From Deinococcales bacterium (lineage in GTDB: Bacteria; Deinococcota; Deinococci; Deinococcales; JAAFIG01): a stretch of DNA of 24,722 nt. Within the stretch, counting starts at the first letter, position 1; every line of letters begins with the position of its first letter. Positions 24,664 to 24,722 of the stretch are shown here, one piece after another. The notes beneath the pieces are model-generated. The model did not search any database. It was not told the origin of the DNA and was given only the letters and a program-made list of their open reading frames with translations. The stretch lies in assembly GCA_043778225.1 (NCBI GenBank), contig JAYWGM010000049.1, positions 1 through 24,722 of the forward strand. Direction: 5' to 3'. The translations under genes were made by a program, and so were the position numbers.

Positions 24664-24722
24664 AGAATGATTATCAATATCATCGAACATTTCAGTACCC
24701 TCGAAGACGCTCGTCGTGACCA
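24626..24722 (+). mobile_element. Left end of an ISAs1-family insertion sequence (partial)
   Basis: TAGGGCAAACGCA resembles the (C)AGGGCAAxCGCA terminal IR I recall for ISAs1 elements; it is followed by an ORF with an ISAs1-like N-terminus. Confidence 0.75.
24667..24722 (+). CDS. ISAs1-family transposase, N-terminal fragment running off the window
   Basis: MIINIIEHFSTLEDARRD matches the EHFSxLxDPR start typical of ISAs1 transposases; -10-like TACCCT 5 nt upstream. Confidence 0.72.
   Translation, partial: MIINIIEHFSTLEDARRD

Overview
Bacterial chromosomal window, most likely from a Deinococcota (Deinococcales-like) genome. This is inferred from the tmRNA sequence, the many leaderless genes and the style of the secreted proteins. 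Housekeeping genes are truB, rlmH and ssrA/tmRNA. Other genes include a SARP/BTAD-TPR regulator, a tandem GNAT, a GAF-HD-GYP phosphodiesterase, a LivJ-type binding protein, a redoxin-fold protein lacking CxxC, an SPT-like PLP enzyme, MBL, FAH and serine hydrolases, a trypsin-like protease, an MsbA-like ABC exporter, several secreted proteins and two TA pairs (HicAB, VapBC). The left end of an ISAs1-like element appears to truncate the last gene. The best candidate for a novel system is absent from the ORF track: two tandem paralogous 48/49-aa peptides (10364-10656, minus strand). They share a lasso-type YxxPxL leader, a variable core and a conserved C-terminal follower, and are translationally coupled to a 7-bladed RCC1-repeat lipoprotein behind a promoter with SARP-like 11-bp-spaced direct repeats. 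No modifying enzymes are present in the window. The second major signal is the palindrome CTCGAG, counted by hand about 175 times against about 6 expected, i.e. a HIP1-like highly iterated palindrome.
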